Origin: Candidatus Omnitrophota bacterium
Lineage (GTDB): Bacteria > Omnitrophota > Gorgyraeia > Gygaellales > Profunditerraquicolaceae
Assembly: GCA_049517335.1 (NCBI GenBank)
Contig: JBEKSD010000013.1
Coordinates: 1-52,569, forward strand
Length of the DNA stretch: 52,569 nt
Reading direction: 5' to 3'
The position numbers were made by a program, and so were the translations under genes. Shown piece after piece: positions 37,189 to 46,459 of this stretch. Position 1 is the stretch's first letter. Each line of letters opens with the position of its first letter. Below the pieces are notes generated by a model. The model made no database searches. It was not told the origin of the DNA and saw only the letters and a list, made by a program, of their open reading frames with translations.

Positions 37189-38269
37189 AAGAATCCTGAT
37201 TATTAATCCTTTTGGTATAGGTGATGTACTTTTTAGCACGCCTATTCTTCGGGCCCTAAAAGATAAATATCCGGATTGTTTTATAGGATACTGGTGCAAT
37301 GAACGGGTACAGAGCATCTTGGAAAACAATAAGAATATTGATATAATCTTTGCTTTATCAAAAGGAGATATTAAAAAGCTATATAAAAAATCCTGGTTTT
37401 TAGGCTTTAGTCATTTATTAAAGCTATTTTTTGAAATCAGCAAATGGAAATTTGATATTTCATTTGATTTTTCGTTCGATTGCTACTACGGTTTTATTTC
37501 AAAGTTTGCCGGGATAAAAGAGCGAATAGGGTATGATTATAAAAATCGCGGAAGGTTCCTGACAAAGAAAACGCCTTTAAGCGGTTACCTTGGGAAGCAT
37601 GTAATTGAATACCATTCTGACCTTTTAAAGGCAATCGGGGTCCCGGTAACTGACAAGAGTATGGAATTAACGGTTTCCGCACAAGCTGAAGGCGAAGCAG
37701 AAGAATTGCTCTGGTTATCAGGTGTTAAAGATACTGATTTATTAGTTGGTATTGCGCCCGGCGCAGGAGGAAGCTGGGGTAAGGATGCCATATACAAACA
37801 TTGGCCTGTTTTAAGATTCTCCGAAGTCGCGGATAAGTTGGCCTTGGATTTTAAGGCAAAGGTTTTGCTCTTCGGGGATAATAGCGAGACGCAGCTGACT
37901 GAGGCAATAATTAATGTTTGTAAAAATAAACCCATAAATTTAGCGGGCAAGACGAGCTTAAGTAGTTTAGCGGCGGTCATTAGAAAACTGAATTTACTAA
38001 TTTCTAATGACGGAGGGCCGATGCATATGGCCGTGGCTCAAGGAGTTAAAACTGTGGCAATTTTCGGCCCCGTTGATGATTTAGTTTACGGTCCTTATCC
38101 TCCGAGTGAGGATCATCTGGTAATAAAAAGTAAGATAGAATGCCGGCCATGTTATAATAATTTTCGTTTACCATCCTGCGATAAAGATAAGGAATGCCTA
38201 AATTCAATAAGCGCGGATGAGGTATTCGCGGTAGCCGAGAAACTTTTAAATCAAGGAATGACTAAATGA
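37154..38269 (+). CDS. GT9 LPS heptosyltransferase II-like
   Basis: FGIGDVL, APGAG, KHWP, NLAGKTSL, NDGGPMHMA, CRPC; start codon uncertain (37133 or 37154). Confidence 0.88.
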   Translation: MIIKKNVARQAKRILIINPFGIGDVLFSTPILRALKDKYPDCFIGYWCNERVQSILENNKNIDIIFALSKGDIKKLYKKSWFLGFSHLLKLFFEISKWKFDISFDFSFDCYYGFISKFAGIKERIGYDYKNRGRFLTKKTPLSGYLGKHVIEYHSDLLKAIGVPVTDKSMELTVSAQAEGEAEELLWLSGVKDTDLLVGIAPGAGGSWGKDAIYKHWPVLRFSEVADKLALDFKAKVLLFGDNSETQLTEAIINVCKNKPINLAGKTSLSSLAAVIRKLNLLISNDGGPMHMAVAQGVKTVAIFGPVDDLVYGPYPPSEDHLVIKSKIECRPCYNNFRLPSCDKDKECLNSISADEVFAVAEKLLNQGMTK

Positions 38270-39384
38270 GGATAAACGCATTGGACCTTAAGAAACAAAT
38301 TGCTCCTATCCGCAGGGAACTGGATGCAAGGATAAAAGAGGCGATTGACAATAGCGCCTTTATATTGGGAGCCAGAGTCGCTAAGTTTGAAGAAAATGCG
38401 GCTAAATATTGTAAGGTAAAATATTCCGTAGGTGTTTCAAACGGGACGGATGCGCTATCCTTGGCCTTGCTTGCTTTGGGGATTAAAAACGGCGAGGGCG
38501 TGGTTTGTCCCGCTTTTACCTATTATGCCACTGCCGGCGCGGTGGCGAATATCGGGGCTGTGCCTGTTTTTGCCGATATTGATAAAGATACTTACAACAT
38601 TTCTCCTGAAAGCCTTGAAAAGGTTTTAAGCGCTAAGAATAAACTTAAAATTAAAGCGGTTATTCCGGTGCACCTTTACGGCCAGTGCGCGGATATGGAT
38701 GTAATCCTTAAATTAGCCAAGAAATATAAAATCAGAGTAGTTGAAGATACTGCTCAGGCATTTGGCGCAGAATATAAAGGTAGGAAAGCCGGGACACTCG
38801 GAGACTGCGGGGCGGTAAGTTTTTATCCGGGTAAGAATCTTGGAGCTTTTGGGGATGCCGGCATGATTTTGACCAGTAATAAAGCTCTTGCGAGGAGATT
38901 ACGCATTTTGCGTAATCAGGGAAATAAGAATAAGTATTACCATTCAGTTTTAGGGCGTAATAACCGCTTGGATACGATTCAGGCAGTAGTGTTGGATGTT
39001 AAGTTAAAATATCTGGATGAGTGGAACAGGAAAAGGCAGGAGCTAGCAGAATATTATAACCGTAGCTTATCCGGGTTTAATATTAAGACTCCGTTTGTGC
39101 CCGGTTATACCACGCATATTTATCATCAGTATGTTTTAAGGGCGCCTGTTTCAAATAAGCGATTCATAAGCCGCTTGCAGGTAAAAGGAATTGATTCGCG
39201 CGTATTTTATCCGATTCCGCTACATTTACAAAAATGTTTTAAATATTTGGGATATAAGGCAGGAGATTTCCCAGCGGCAGAGAAGGCGGCTAAACAGATA
39301 TTTACTTTGCCAATCTACCCGGAACTAAACAGTAAGGAAAGAGAATATATTATTCAAACTCTAAAGGGGATGATAAGTGGATAA
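38266..39384 (+). CDS. DegT/DnrJ/EryC1/StrS-family PLP aminotransferase
   Basis: NGTDAL, PVHLYGQ, EDTAQA, SFYPGKNLGAFGDAG. Confidence 0.93.
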   Translation: MRINALDLKKQIAPIRRELDARIKEAIDNSAFILGARVAKFEENAAKYCKVKYSVGVSNGTDALSLALLALGIKNGEGVVCPAFTYYATAGAVANIGAVPVFADIDKDTYNISPESLEKVLSAKNKLKIKAVIPVHLYGQCADMDVILKLAKKYKIRVVEDTAQAFGAEYKGRKAGTLGDCGAVSFYPGKNLGAFGDAGMILTSNKALARRLRILRNQGNKNKYYHSVLGRNNRLDTIQAVVLDVKLKYLDEWNRKRQELAEYYNRSLSGFNIKTPFVPGYTTHIYHQYVLRAPVSNKRFISRLQVKGIDSRVFYPIPLHLQKCFKYLGYKAGDFPAAEKAAKQIFTLPIYPELNSKEREYIIQTLKGMISG

Positions 39385-40144
39385 AATAAACTTGAGCGTA
39401 GTAACGTTGACCAAGAACAGCGAAGGGATCATTGAAGACTGCTTGAAGAGCGTATGTGACTGGGCAGGCGAGATCGTGATTGTTGATGATATGAGCACGG
39501 ATAAGACGCTGGATATCGTAAGGAAATATACGGACAGAGTTTATAGTAAGAAATGGGAAAGAGAAGGCGCACACAGGAATTTCGCCTATTCGCTGGCTAA
39601 ATTTGATTACATATTGAGCCTTGATTCCGACGAACGGGTGACTCCTGAACTAAGGGATGAAATCGTAAAAATATTTAAAGAGGGACCGAAGTATGTCGGC
39701 TACAACATAGCGCACAGGAATTTTATCGGCGATTATTGGATTAAATACGGTGGCTGGTACCCTAATGCCAAATTAAAGATGTATGCAAAGAAAAGTTTTA
39801 AGTATGAGGAGGAAGCAGAGTACCACCCGCGCGCATTTTTAGATGGCCCAAGTTATACCTTAAAGTTAGATATAATTCATTATGCTTACAGGGATTTCAG
39901 GAATCTTTTCTCAAAGCTTAATCACCAGACCGATTTTGAGGCCAAGAAGTGGCTCAGGGATAAACGCAAGATGAGTTTCTCTCTATGCATGGTTAAGGCC
40001 ATTTCAAGGTTCATCAAGTTTTATTTTGTTAAAAAAGGCAGGAAGGACGGGTTTATCGGGTTTATGATGGCCTTGGCTTCCGGAGCGTACCAGTTAATGA
40101 CCTATGCGAAATATTGGGAGATAAAGAATAAGGTAGAGAAGTAA
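39377..40144 (+). CDS. GT2, LPS beta-1,4-glucosyltransferase-like
   Basis: TKN, VDDMSTDKT, RNFA, LDSDER, GGWYP, DGFIG. Confidence 0.88.
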   Translation: MDKINLSVVTLTKNSEGIIEDCLKSVCDWAGEIVIVDDMSTDKTLDIVRKYTDRVYSKKWEREGAHRNFAYSLAKFDYILSLDSDERVTPELRDEIVKIFKEGPKYVGYNIAHRNFIGDYWIKYGGWYPNAKLKMYAKKSFKYEEEAEYHPRAFLDGPSYTLKLDIIHYAYRDFRNLFSKLNHQTDFEAKKWLRDKRKMSFSLCMVKAISRFIKFYFVKKGRKDGFIGFMMALASGAYQLMTYAKYWEIKNKVEK

Positions 40145-40150
40145 AATATA

Positions 40151-40705
40151 ATGACGATAGTATTTCTTGACCGTGACGGGGTAATTAATGCCTACCCGGG
40201 AGACAAAAATTATGTCACCTCGTGGGAGGAGTTTAGTTTCCTACCGAAAGCAAAAGAAGCAATCGCAAGCCTCCATAAGGGGGGAGTTAAAATTTATCTG
40301 GTTTCCAATCAGGCCGGGGTAGGCAAGGGGCTCTATACTCAAGAAGCATTGGACGTAATAACAGGGAATATGTTAAAGGAAATCAAGGCAGCCGGCGGGC
40401 ATATTGACGGAGTTTATTATTGCACTCACCCGCCTGAACAAGACTGTCCTTGCCGCAAGCCCAAGACCGGACTTGTTGATTTGGCAAGACAGGAGCACTC
40501 GCTGGAAGTTAAAGGCGCATTCTTTATAGGTGATAGTATACTTGATATAAAAACAGCTAAATCCGCAGGATGCCGGGCTGTCCTTATACTTTCAGGCAAA
40601 GAAAGCCTGGTTAACCGCAGCAACTGGGAAACGGAGCCTGATTTTATATTCGCCGACCTTTTTGAAGCTGCACACTTTATACTAAAACAAAAAAACTTTA
40701 GATGA
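40151..40705 (+). CDS. gmhB: D-glycero-D-manno-heptose 1,7-bisphosphate phosphatase
   Basis: FLDRDGVIN, SNQAG, CTHPPEQDCPCRKP, IGDS..D. Confidence 0.88.
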   Translation: MTIVFLDRDGVINAYPGDKNYVTSWEEFSFLPKAKEAIASLHKGGVKIYLVSNQAGVGKGLYTQEALDVITGNMLKEIKAAGGHIDGVYYCTHPPEQDCPCRKPKTGLVDLARQEHSLEVKGAFFIGDSILDIKTAKSAGCRAVLILSGKESLVNRSNWETEPDFIFADLFEAAHFILKQKNFR

Positions 40706-41757
40706 AAGTATTCATAACTTACGCTTCGGCAGGTGCAGGGCACAAAAAAGCCGCCGAAGCAATATACGATTACCTTAAAACTAACTGTCTGGATGCAGAA
40801 TGCAGATTAATCGATGTTTTGGACAAGGCTGATTTCATTTATAAATTCGCCTATAAGGCAGGATACACTTATTTAATCAGGCATTTAGTTTGGTTGTGGT
40901 GGGCAGCATTCCGGGTTACTTATTTTAAGCCGTTACGTTTTTTGACCCGCCGCTGGGTAAAGATTTCAAATTTACTACATACAAACTTATTCAGCCAGTT
41001 TCTGATTCAGGAGAACCCGGATTACATTATCTCAACCCATTTCCTTCCCTCGGAAATCGCCACTGTCCTTAAAAACCGTAAAATAATCACCTCAAAACTG
41101 GTTACGGTAATTACTGATTTTGGCGTGCATCCTTTCTGGATTAATAACGGGACAGACCTTTATGTAGTTGCGTCGGGAGTCACAAAGCAGGACCTAGTAT
41201 CGGAAGGCGTGTCTGAGGAGAGGATAAAAGAATCCGGTATCCCGGTAAAGGTAGGTTTTCTTAAAAAACATGATAGGTCCTCTCTTTGCGCTAAGTTAGG
41301 TATTGACGCGGATAAATTCACCGTGCTTATTATGACCGGCTCATTTGGAATAGGGCCAATAAAAGAAATCGTTGAACTTTTGTATCAGGATGCGCAATTG
41401 TTGGTTGTCTGCGCCTTAAATAAAAAGCTTTATGAGGATTTAAGCAGAAAAAGCTTTCCTAATGTTAAAGTGTACGCGTTTGTTGACAATTCCGATGAAT
41501 TAATGGCAGTTTCGGATTTAGTCATCACAAAACCCGGAGGTTTAAGCATATCTGAAATTTTGAATATAGGGCTTGCTCCAGTTTTTATTTCATCCATACC
41601 GGGGCAGGAGAAGAAAAATATTTCCGTGCTTTCCAAATTCGGGATAGGGTACCTGCCCAAAAATACTAAAGAAATACGGGATATTGTTTTAGATTTAAAA
41701 GCCAATCGGGCCTGCCGCTTGAAGGTCCGTTTGATTATATCATCCCGCAGCCCTTGA
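40702..41757 (+). CDS. MGDG synthase/UgtP-like diacylglycerol glycosyltransferase (GT28), C-terminus apparently replaced
   Basis: GAGHKKAA, STHF, ITDF..H..W, GIPV, TKPGGLS, IPGQE; the last ~15 codons read priA sequence out of frame. Confidence 0.85.
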   Translation: MKVFITYASAGAGHKKAAEAIYDYLKTNCLDAECRLIDVLDKADFIYKFAYKAGYTYLIRHLVWLWWAAFRVTYFKPLRFLTRRWVKISNLLHTNLFSQFLIQENPDYIISTHFLPSEIATVLKNRKIITSKLVTVITDFGVHPFWINNGTDLYVVASGVTKQDLVSEGVSEERIKESGIPVKVGFLKKHDRSSLCAKLGIDADKFTVLIMTGSFGIGPIKEIVELLYQDAQLLVVCALNKKLYEDLSRKSFPNVKVYAFVDNSDELMAVSDLVITKPGGLSISEILNIGLAPVFISSIPGQEKKNISVLSKFGIGYLPKNTKEIRDIVLDLKANRACRLKVRLIISSRSP

Positions 41758-43490
41758 AAGACAAAGTTAAAACTGGAGTAAGGGTGCGCGTAAGTTTCGG
41801 TTTTAAGAAAATAACCGGCTACGTTGTAGGTGTATCCGCAAGAACAAAGATAAAAAAACTTAAGCCTATATTAGAGGTTATTGATTATGTTCCTATCCTG
41901 AATGAGAATATGTTTTCGCTTACTAAAGAAGTTTCGGATTATTACTGTTGTTCATGGGGTGAAGCAATAGATGCTGCCTTGCCCTTTGCAATCAGGAAAG
42001 GCAGAAAATTACCTCAAATTAATGCCGGAGCCCGCATCCGTAATGAGTTTGCTTCGGAGCCGCTTTTCCTGCAAGCTCCCCAGCCGCAATACAGGTATGA
42101 CAGGTATATCTCTGAGATTCGCAAGGAGCTTGAGGCAGGTAAAAGTACGATTGTAGTCTTGCCTGACACAAATTCAGTTATGGAACTCAAGGAATTGGCG
42201 GAAAATGAGCTAAAAGCCCCTGTATCCGTATTACACAGGAATGAACCGGAAGAGATAGATGAATGGCTGAAGCTTAAATCAGGGGCAAGTAAGCTGGCAG
42301 TAGGCACGCGGGCAGTGATTTTTGCCCCATTTTCCGACCTGGGCCTGATTATAATGGATGAAGAAAATAATCCTAATCTTAAACAGGAGCAGTCCCCTCA
42401 TTACCACGCAAGGGAAGTTGCTTTTATGCGCGCGAAAATTGATAATGCAAGATTGGTTCTGGGAGGAGTTACCCCGTCCTTCGAATGCCGTCTTAAGATG
42501 GATAGAAAGGAACTTATATTCAAAGATATTTCCTCAGGATTGCCTGAGCCTGAGGTAAGGACGATTAATATGAAATTTGAATTCCGCAGAGCTGGTAATA
42601 AAAGCTTAGGTTTATCAAAATACCTGATTGATTCAATAAACAGTAGCTTAAGCGCAAAAGAGAAGGTGCTTTTGTTTTTAAACCGTAAAGGTTTTGCCAC
42701 TTATTCATTCTGTCATAACTGCAAGGCCCCTGTAGTTTGCCCGCGCTGTAATGTGAGTTTGGTATATTATTTTGAGGAGAACATTTTATCCTGTAACCAT
42801 TGCAATTTTAAAATACCCGTGCCGGAGATTTGCCCGAAGTGCAACGCCGGATACATTAAGTTTAAGGGCGCAGGAACGGAAAAATTAGAGAGTGAAATAG
42901 CAAGGTTATTTCCCCAAGCTGTGATAGGACAGGATATTTTTATTTCCACCAGCGTAATTTTTAAACAGAAAGGTGTAAAATTTTCACTTGTGTGTGTTTT
43001 GAATATTGACAATTCGCTCTCCCGGCTTGATTTCCGCTCAACCGAGAAAGCATTTGATTTATTATTAAAACTAAAAGCCATAACAGAAAAGAAATTGATT
43101 ATTCAGACCGGCTTTTCGGTAAACCCGGTATTTACCTCACTGCAGAAAAATGAACCGGATATTTTTTATAAGGATGAGTTAAAACAGAGGAGGCAGCTTA
43201 AGCTGCCTCCGTATAAGCATTTGGCATTAATCAGTGTACGCTCGAAGAAAGAGGATAAAGCAAGAGTCTGTGCTGGGTCTTTATTTGAAAAATTAAAAAG
43301 CGCGCAGGTAAAGGGAATAGAGGTAATTTCGGTTAGTGCGGGAGTTGTGCCGAAATTAAGAGGCAATTTTTATTGGCAGGTTCTGTTAAGGTCATCTGAG
43401 GCAAAAAAATCAGCCAGATTTATTAAAAATAAATTAAAAGATTTTCGCCATTCGGGTATAATAGTAGCTGTTGATATTGATCCGGTGTAA
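41709..43490 (+). CDS. priA: Primosomal protein N' (5'-truncated, helicase motifs degenerate)
   Basis: GLPLEGPFDY from 41709, GTRAVIFAP, IIMDEE, KQEQSPHYHAREVA, LFLNRKG, four CxxC, GTEK, LPPY, DIDP; first usable start is TTG 41754. Confidence 0.88.
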   Translation, partial: GLPLEGPFDYIIPQPLKDKVKTGVRVRVSFGFKKITGYVVGVSARTKIKKLKPILEVIDYVPILNENMFSLTKEVSDYYCCSWGEAIDAALPFAIRKGRKLPQINAGARIRNEFASEPLFLQAPQPQYRYDRYISEIRKELEAGKSTIVVLPDTNSVMELKELAENELKAPVSVLHRNEPEEIDEWLKLKSGASKLAVGTRAVIFAPFSDLGLIIMDEENNPNLKQEQSPHYHAREVAFMRAKIDNARLVLGGVTPSFECRLKMDRKELIFKDISSGLPEPEVRTINMKFEFRRAGNKSLGLSKYLIDSINSSLSAKEKVLLFLNRKGFATYSFCHNCKAPVVCPRCNVSLVYYFEENILSCNHCNFKIPVPEICPKCNAGYIKFKGAGTEKLESEIARLFPQAVIGQDIFISTSVIFKQKGVKFSLVCVLNIDNSLSRLDFRSTEKAFDLLLKLKAITEKKLIIQTGFSVNPVFTSLQKNEPDIFYKDELKQRRQLKLPPYKHLALISVRSKKEDKARVCAGSLFEKLKSAQVKGIEVISVSAGVVPKLRGNFYWQVLLRSSEAKKSARFIKNKLKDFRHSGIIVAVDIDPV

Positions 43491-43505
43491 AGCAAGGTAA
43501 AGTAT

Positions 43506-44453
43506 ATGAAAATAGTATTTTTTGGTAGTTCAGAATTTGCCGTCCCATCGTTAAGAGCTTTAATTGAGGCTCATCATGAAATCCCCTACGTTATAACTCA
43601 GGCGGATAAGAAAAGCGGCCGGGGGTTGCATTTATCGGTTACTCCGGTTAAGGATACCGCAAGACAGCTTGGGTTAGAAGTTTATCAACCCGGAGATATC
43701 AGAGCGGCTGAGGTTGAGAGTTACCTTAGAAACTTAAGCGCAGATTTATTCGTGGTGATTGCTTATGGTCGGATCCTGCCTCAGGATATCCTTGATATAC
43801 CAAAATTTTTTAGCATAAATGTACACGCATCTTTATTACCTAAATACCGCGGAGCAGCACCTATTAATTGGGCTATTATCAGGGGCGAGAAAACAACAGG
43901 TGTTACGGTAATTAAAATGGATAGTTCCATGGATACGGGGGCGGTTATTTCGCAAAAGAAAGCCTTAATCAGCGATGCTGATACAGCTCAGTCTTTAGGG
44001 GAAAAACTTTCTAAGATAGGCTCCGAGTTATTAATAGATACAATTAAACTAATTGAAAATAATAAATTTAAATTAACCCCGCAAATTGAACCAGATGCCA
44101 CCTTTGCCTCCAAGATGAAAAAAGAAGACGGGTTAATTGACTGGGGCGTAAGCGCTAAAGAAATTTTTAACCTGATTAGAGGATGCTTCGGCTGGCCGGG
44201 TGCATTTACCTATTATAAGGGAAAACTACTGAAAATATACAAAGCACGGATTGGTTCGCGGGTTCGTGAATGGTTGAGTCCGCGAGTTCCGGGTGAAGTT
44301 ATTGATGTTTCAAAAGAAGGCATAGTTGTAGCTGCGGGAACCGGAAATCTAGTAATTCAAGAGCTGCAAATAGAAGGTAAAAGGCTCATGAAGATAGAAG
44401 AGTTTGCATTAGGCCATAAAATCAAAGCTGGCGACATTTTAATCCGGGGCTGA
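43506..44453 (+). CDS. fmt: Methionyl-tRNA formyltransferase
   Basis: FFGSSEFA, AYGRILP, NVHASLLPKYRGAAPINWA, MDTG. Confidence 0.95.
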   Translation: MKIVFFGSSEFAVPSLRALIEAHHEIPYVITQADKKSGRGLHLSVTPVKDTARQLGLEVYQPGDIRAAEVESYLRNLSADLFVVIAYGRILPQDILDIPKFFSINVHASLLPKYRGAAPINWAIIRGEKTTGVTVIKMDSSMDTGAVISQKKALISDADTAQSLGEKLSKIGSELLIDTIKLIENNKFKLTPQIEPDATFASKMKKEDGLIDWGVSAKEIFNLIRGCFGWPGAFTYYKGKLLKIYKARIGSRVREWLSPRVPGEVIDVSKEGIVVAAGTGNLVIQELQIEGKRLMKIEEFALGHKIKAGDILIRG

Positions 44454-44503
44454 AATTTCTATCTGCCGACAGGCAGAAATTCCGGGAGCGGATCCAGGAA
44501 TTT
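44454..44503. repeat. Tandem intergenic hairpins (REP-like palindrome or terminator)
   Basis: aatttctatctgccgacaggcagaaatt (44454-81), overlapping aaattccggga...tccaggaattt (44477-503). Confidence 0.5.
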
Positions 44504-44523
44504 AAACAAAGAGTAGAATAACG

Positions 44524-45378
44524 ATGTTTAACAAAAAGAATAAGGTTTTTAAAATAATGGCCAAGGCAATCATAGGGCTGCTGATATTTCTAACCGTATC
44601 AACAGCCGCTTTTTATTTCTTCTGGCTTTCTCCCCGGTATGAGCTTCCTATCCTTACCTATCACTATTTTGGTTATGATAGCGTAATTGACGGGAGGGAC
44701 TTGCCTTTACTTTTTGTTAGGCCTGATAATTTTGAAAAACAGATGCGTTATCTTAAAGATAAAGGTTATAGGGTTATTTCCTTAGAAGCGCTGGTAGGGG
44801 GCATAAAAAAAGGAAAGGGATTTCCTCACAATACAGTTGTGATTACCATAGATGACGGACATAAAAGTATTTTTACTTACGCTTATCCTGTTTTGAAGAA
44901 ATACGGCTTCCCCGCAACTGTATTTTTAGTTTCCGATAGAGTAGGAGTTAGAAAAGATTATTTAAATTGGAATGAGGTAAAAGAGATGTCCAAGGATAAT
45001 ATCTCTTTTGGTGCTCACACAAGGAATCACGTTTATCTACCTTTGATAGAAAAAAAGGATATTTTATGGAATGAAATATACGGTTGTAAAGAGATTATTG
45101 AAAAGCAGGTGGGTATACGCGTTGATTATTTTTGTTATCCCACAGGAGGATTTACGGAAGAAGTTAAAATGCTCGTGGAAAAAGCAGGCTACAAAGGAGC
45201 CTGCACAACCAACCGCGGCATTGACGGAACTAACGCGGATGTTTATGCGTTAAACAGGGTCTCGATTAGAGAATCTGACCCCTATTTTTCATTCTTTAAT
45301 TTAAACCAGCCAATGGGTTTTAAGGTCAAGTTATCAGGCTATTACAATTCTTTCAGAAAAAAGAAGAGTGGATATTGA
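44524..45378 (+). CDS. Polysaccharide deacetylase (CE4/NodB, PgaB/IcaB-like), N-terminal membrane anchor
   Basis: ILTYH, ITIDDG, HTRNH, FCYPTG. Confidence 0.9.
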   Translation: MFNKKNKVFKIMAKAIIGLLIFLTVSTAAFYFFWLSPRYELPILTYHYFGYDSVIDGRDLPLLFVRPDNFEKQMRYLKDKGYRVISLEALVGGIKKGKGFPHNTVVITIDDGHKSIFTYAYPVLKKYGFPATVFLVSDRVGVRKDYLNWNEVKEMSKDNISFGAHTRNHVYLPLIEKKDILWNEIYGCKEIIEKQVGIRVDYFCYPTGGFTEEVKMLVEKAGYKGACTTNRGIDGTNADVYALNRVSIRESDPYFSFFNLNQPMGFKVKLSGYYNSFRKKKSGY

Positions 45379-45399
45379 CGAACCTTGGGTAAAAAGTAA

Positions 45400-45427
45400 T
45401 TGCATAATAATATTAATTTGTTATAAT
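45400..45427 (+). promoter_or_regulatory. Sigma70 promoter for the galT-galT-gap region
   Basis: TTGCAT, 16 bp, TGtTATAAT extended -10; ATG lies 8 nt downstream of the -10. Confidence 0.65.
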
Positions 45428-45435
45428 TTTAGTCT

Positions 45436-46458
45436 ATGCCAGAGCTAAGAAAAGATCCAGTCATAGGAAGGTGGGTTATAATTGCCACTGAGCGTGCCCG
45501 CAGGCCGGACCAGTTCAGCGTACAACCGCAAGAGCCGAAGGAAAAGGCATGCCCTTTTTGCGAAGGGAATGAATCGCAGACCCCTCCGGAGATATACGCT
45601 ATTCGCAACAGGAATACCCCTAAAAACGCTCCCGGTTGGGATTTAAGGGTCGTTCCTAGTATCTCCCCGTTTTTAAGGATTGAAGGCGAACTTGACCGTC
45701 GGGGAAAGGGAGTTTATGACCTTATGAACGGCGTGGGAGCGCATGAGATCATAATTGAGACAAATCAGCATATTGCCAACATGAGCGATTTAAGCGAAGA
45801 GCAAATCTCTAAAGTTTTTGCCTGCTACAGCGACAGGATAACCGACCTTGAAAAAGACAAAAGGTTCAAATACGCATTGTTATTCAAGAATTACAGCTGG
45901 GCTGCCGGCGCAGGGACGATTAAGCATTCCCGTTCCCAGCTTATTGCCACTCCAGTCAACCCCAAGAGGGTTAAAGAAGAGCTTGTTGGCGCAAAGCACT
46001 ATTATGATTACCATGAAAGGTGCGTTTTTTGCGATATAATCCTGCAGGAGCTGGAAACCAAGTCACGGGTTGTCCTTGATATTGACGGTTATGTGGCGAT
46101 AACGCCGTTTGCCTCAAGGTTTCCTTTTGAGATTTGGGTGCTTCCTAAAAAACACTCCTGTGATTTTACCGCTTTAGACTCGGTAAGCCGCTTAAGTTTA
46201 GCCGCGGTGATGAAGCGGGTATTGGCGAAATTAAAGAAGGGCCTGAATGACCCGGCTTATAATTATGTTCTACACACAGCTCCTTTCAGGAGGCAAAAAG
46301 CAGGGTATTGGAGAAGCATAGATTACGATTATCACTGGCATATAGAAATTATGCCGCGCTTAACGCGGGTGGCAGGTTTTGAATGGGGTACGGGATTTTA
46401 TATTTGCCCCCTGTCTCCGGAAGACGCAGCTAAATTTTTAAGAGAGGTGGAAGCTTAG
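45436..46458 (+). CDS. galT: GalT-family nucleotidyltransferase, copy 1 (catalytic His replaced)
   Basis: ELRKDP, CPFCEGNE, GAHEIIIE, FKN, HSRSQ in place of HPHxQ, HWHIE, AGFEWG. Confidence 0.85.
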   Translation: MPELRKDPVIGRWVIIATERARRPDQFSVQPQEPKEKACPFCEGNESQTPPEIYAIRNRNTPKNAPGWDLRVVPSISPFLRIEGELDRRGKGVYDLMNGVGAHEIIIETNQHIANMSDLSEEQISKVFACYSDRITDLEKDKRFKYALLFKNYSWAAGAGTIKHSRSQLIATPVNPKRVKEELVGAKHYYDYHERCVFCDIILQELETKSRVVLDIDGYVAITPFASRFPFEIWVLPKKHSCDFTALDSVSRLSLAAVMKRVLAKLKKGLNDPAYNYVLHTAPFRRQKAGYWRSIDYDYHWHIEIMPRLTRVAGFEWGTGFYICPLSPEDAAKFLREVEA

Positions 46459-46459
46459 C

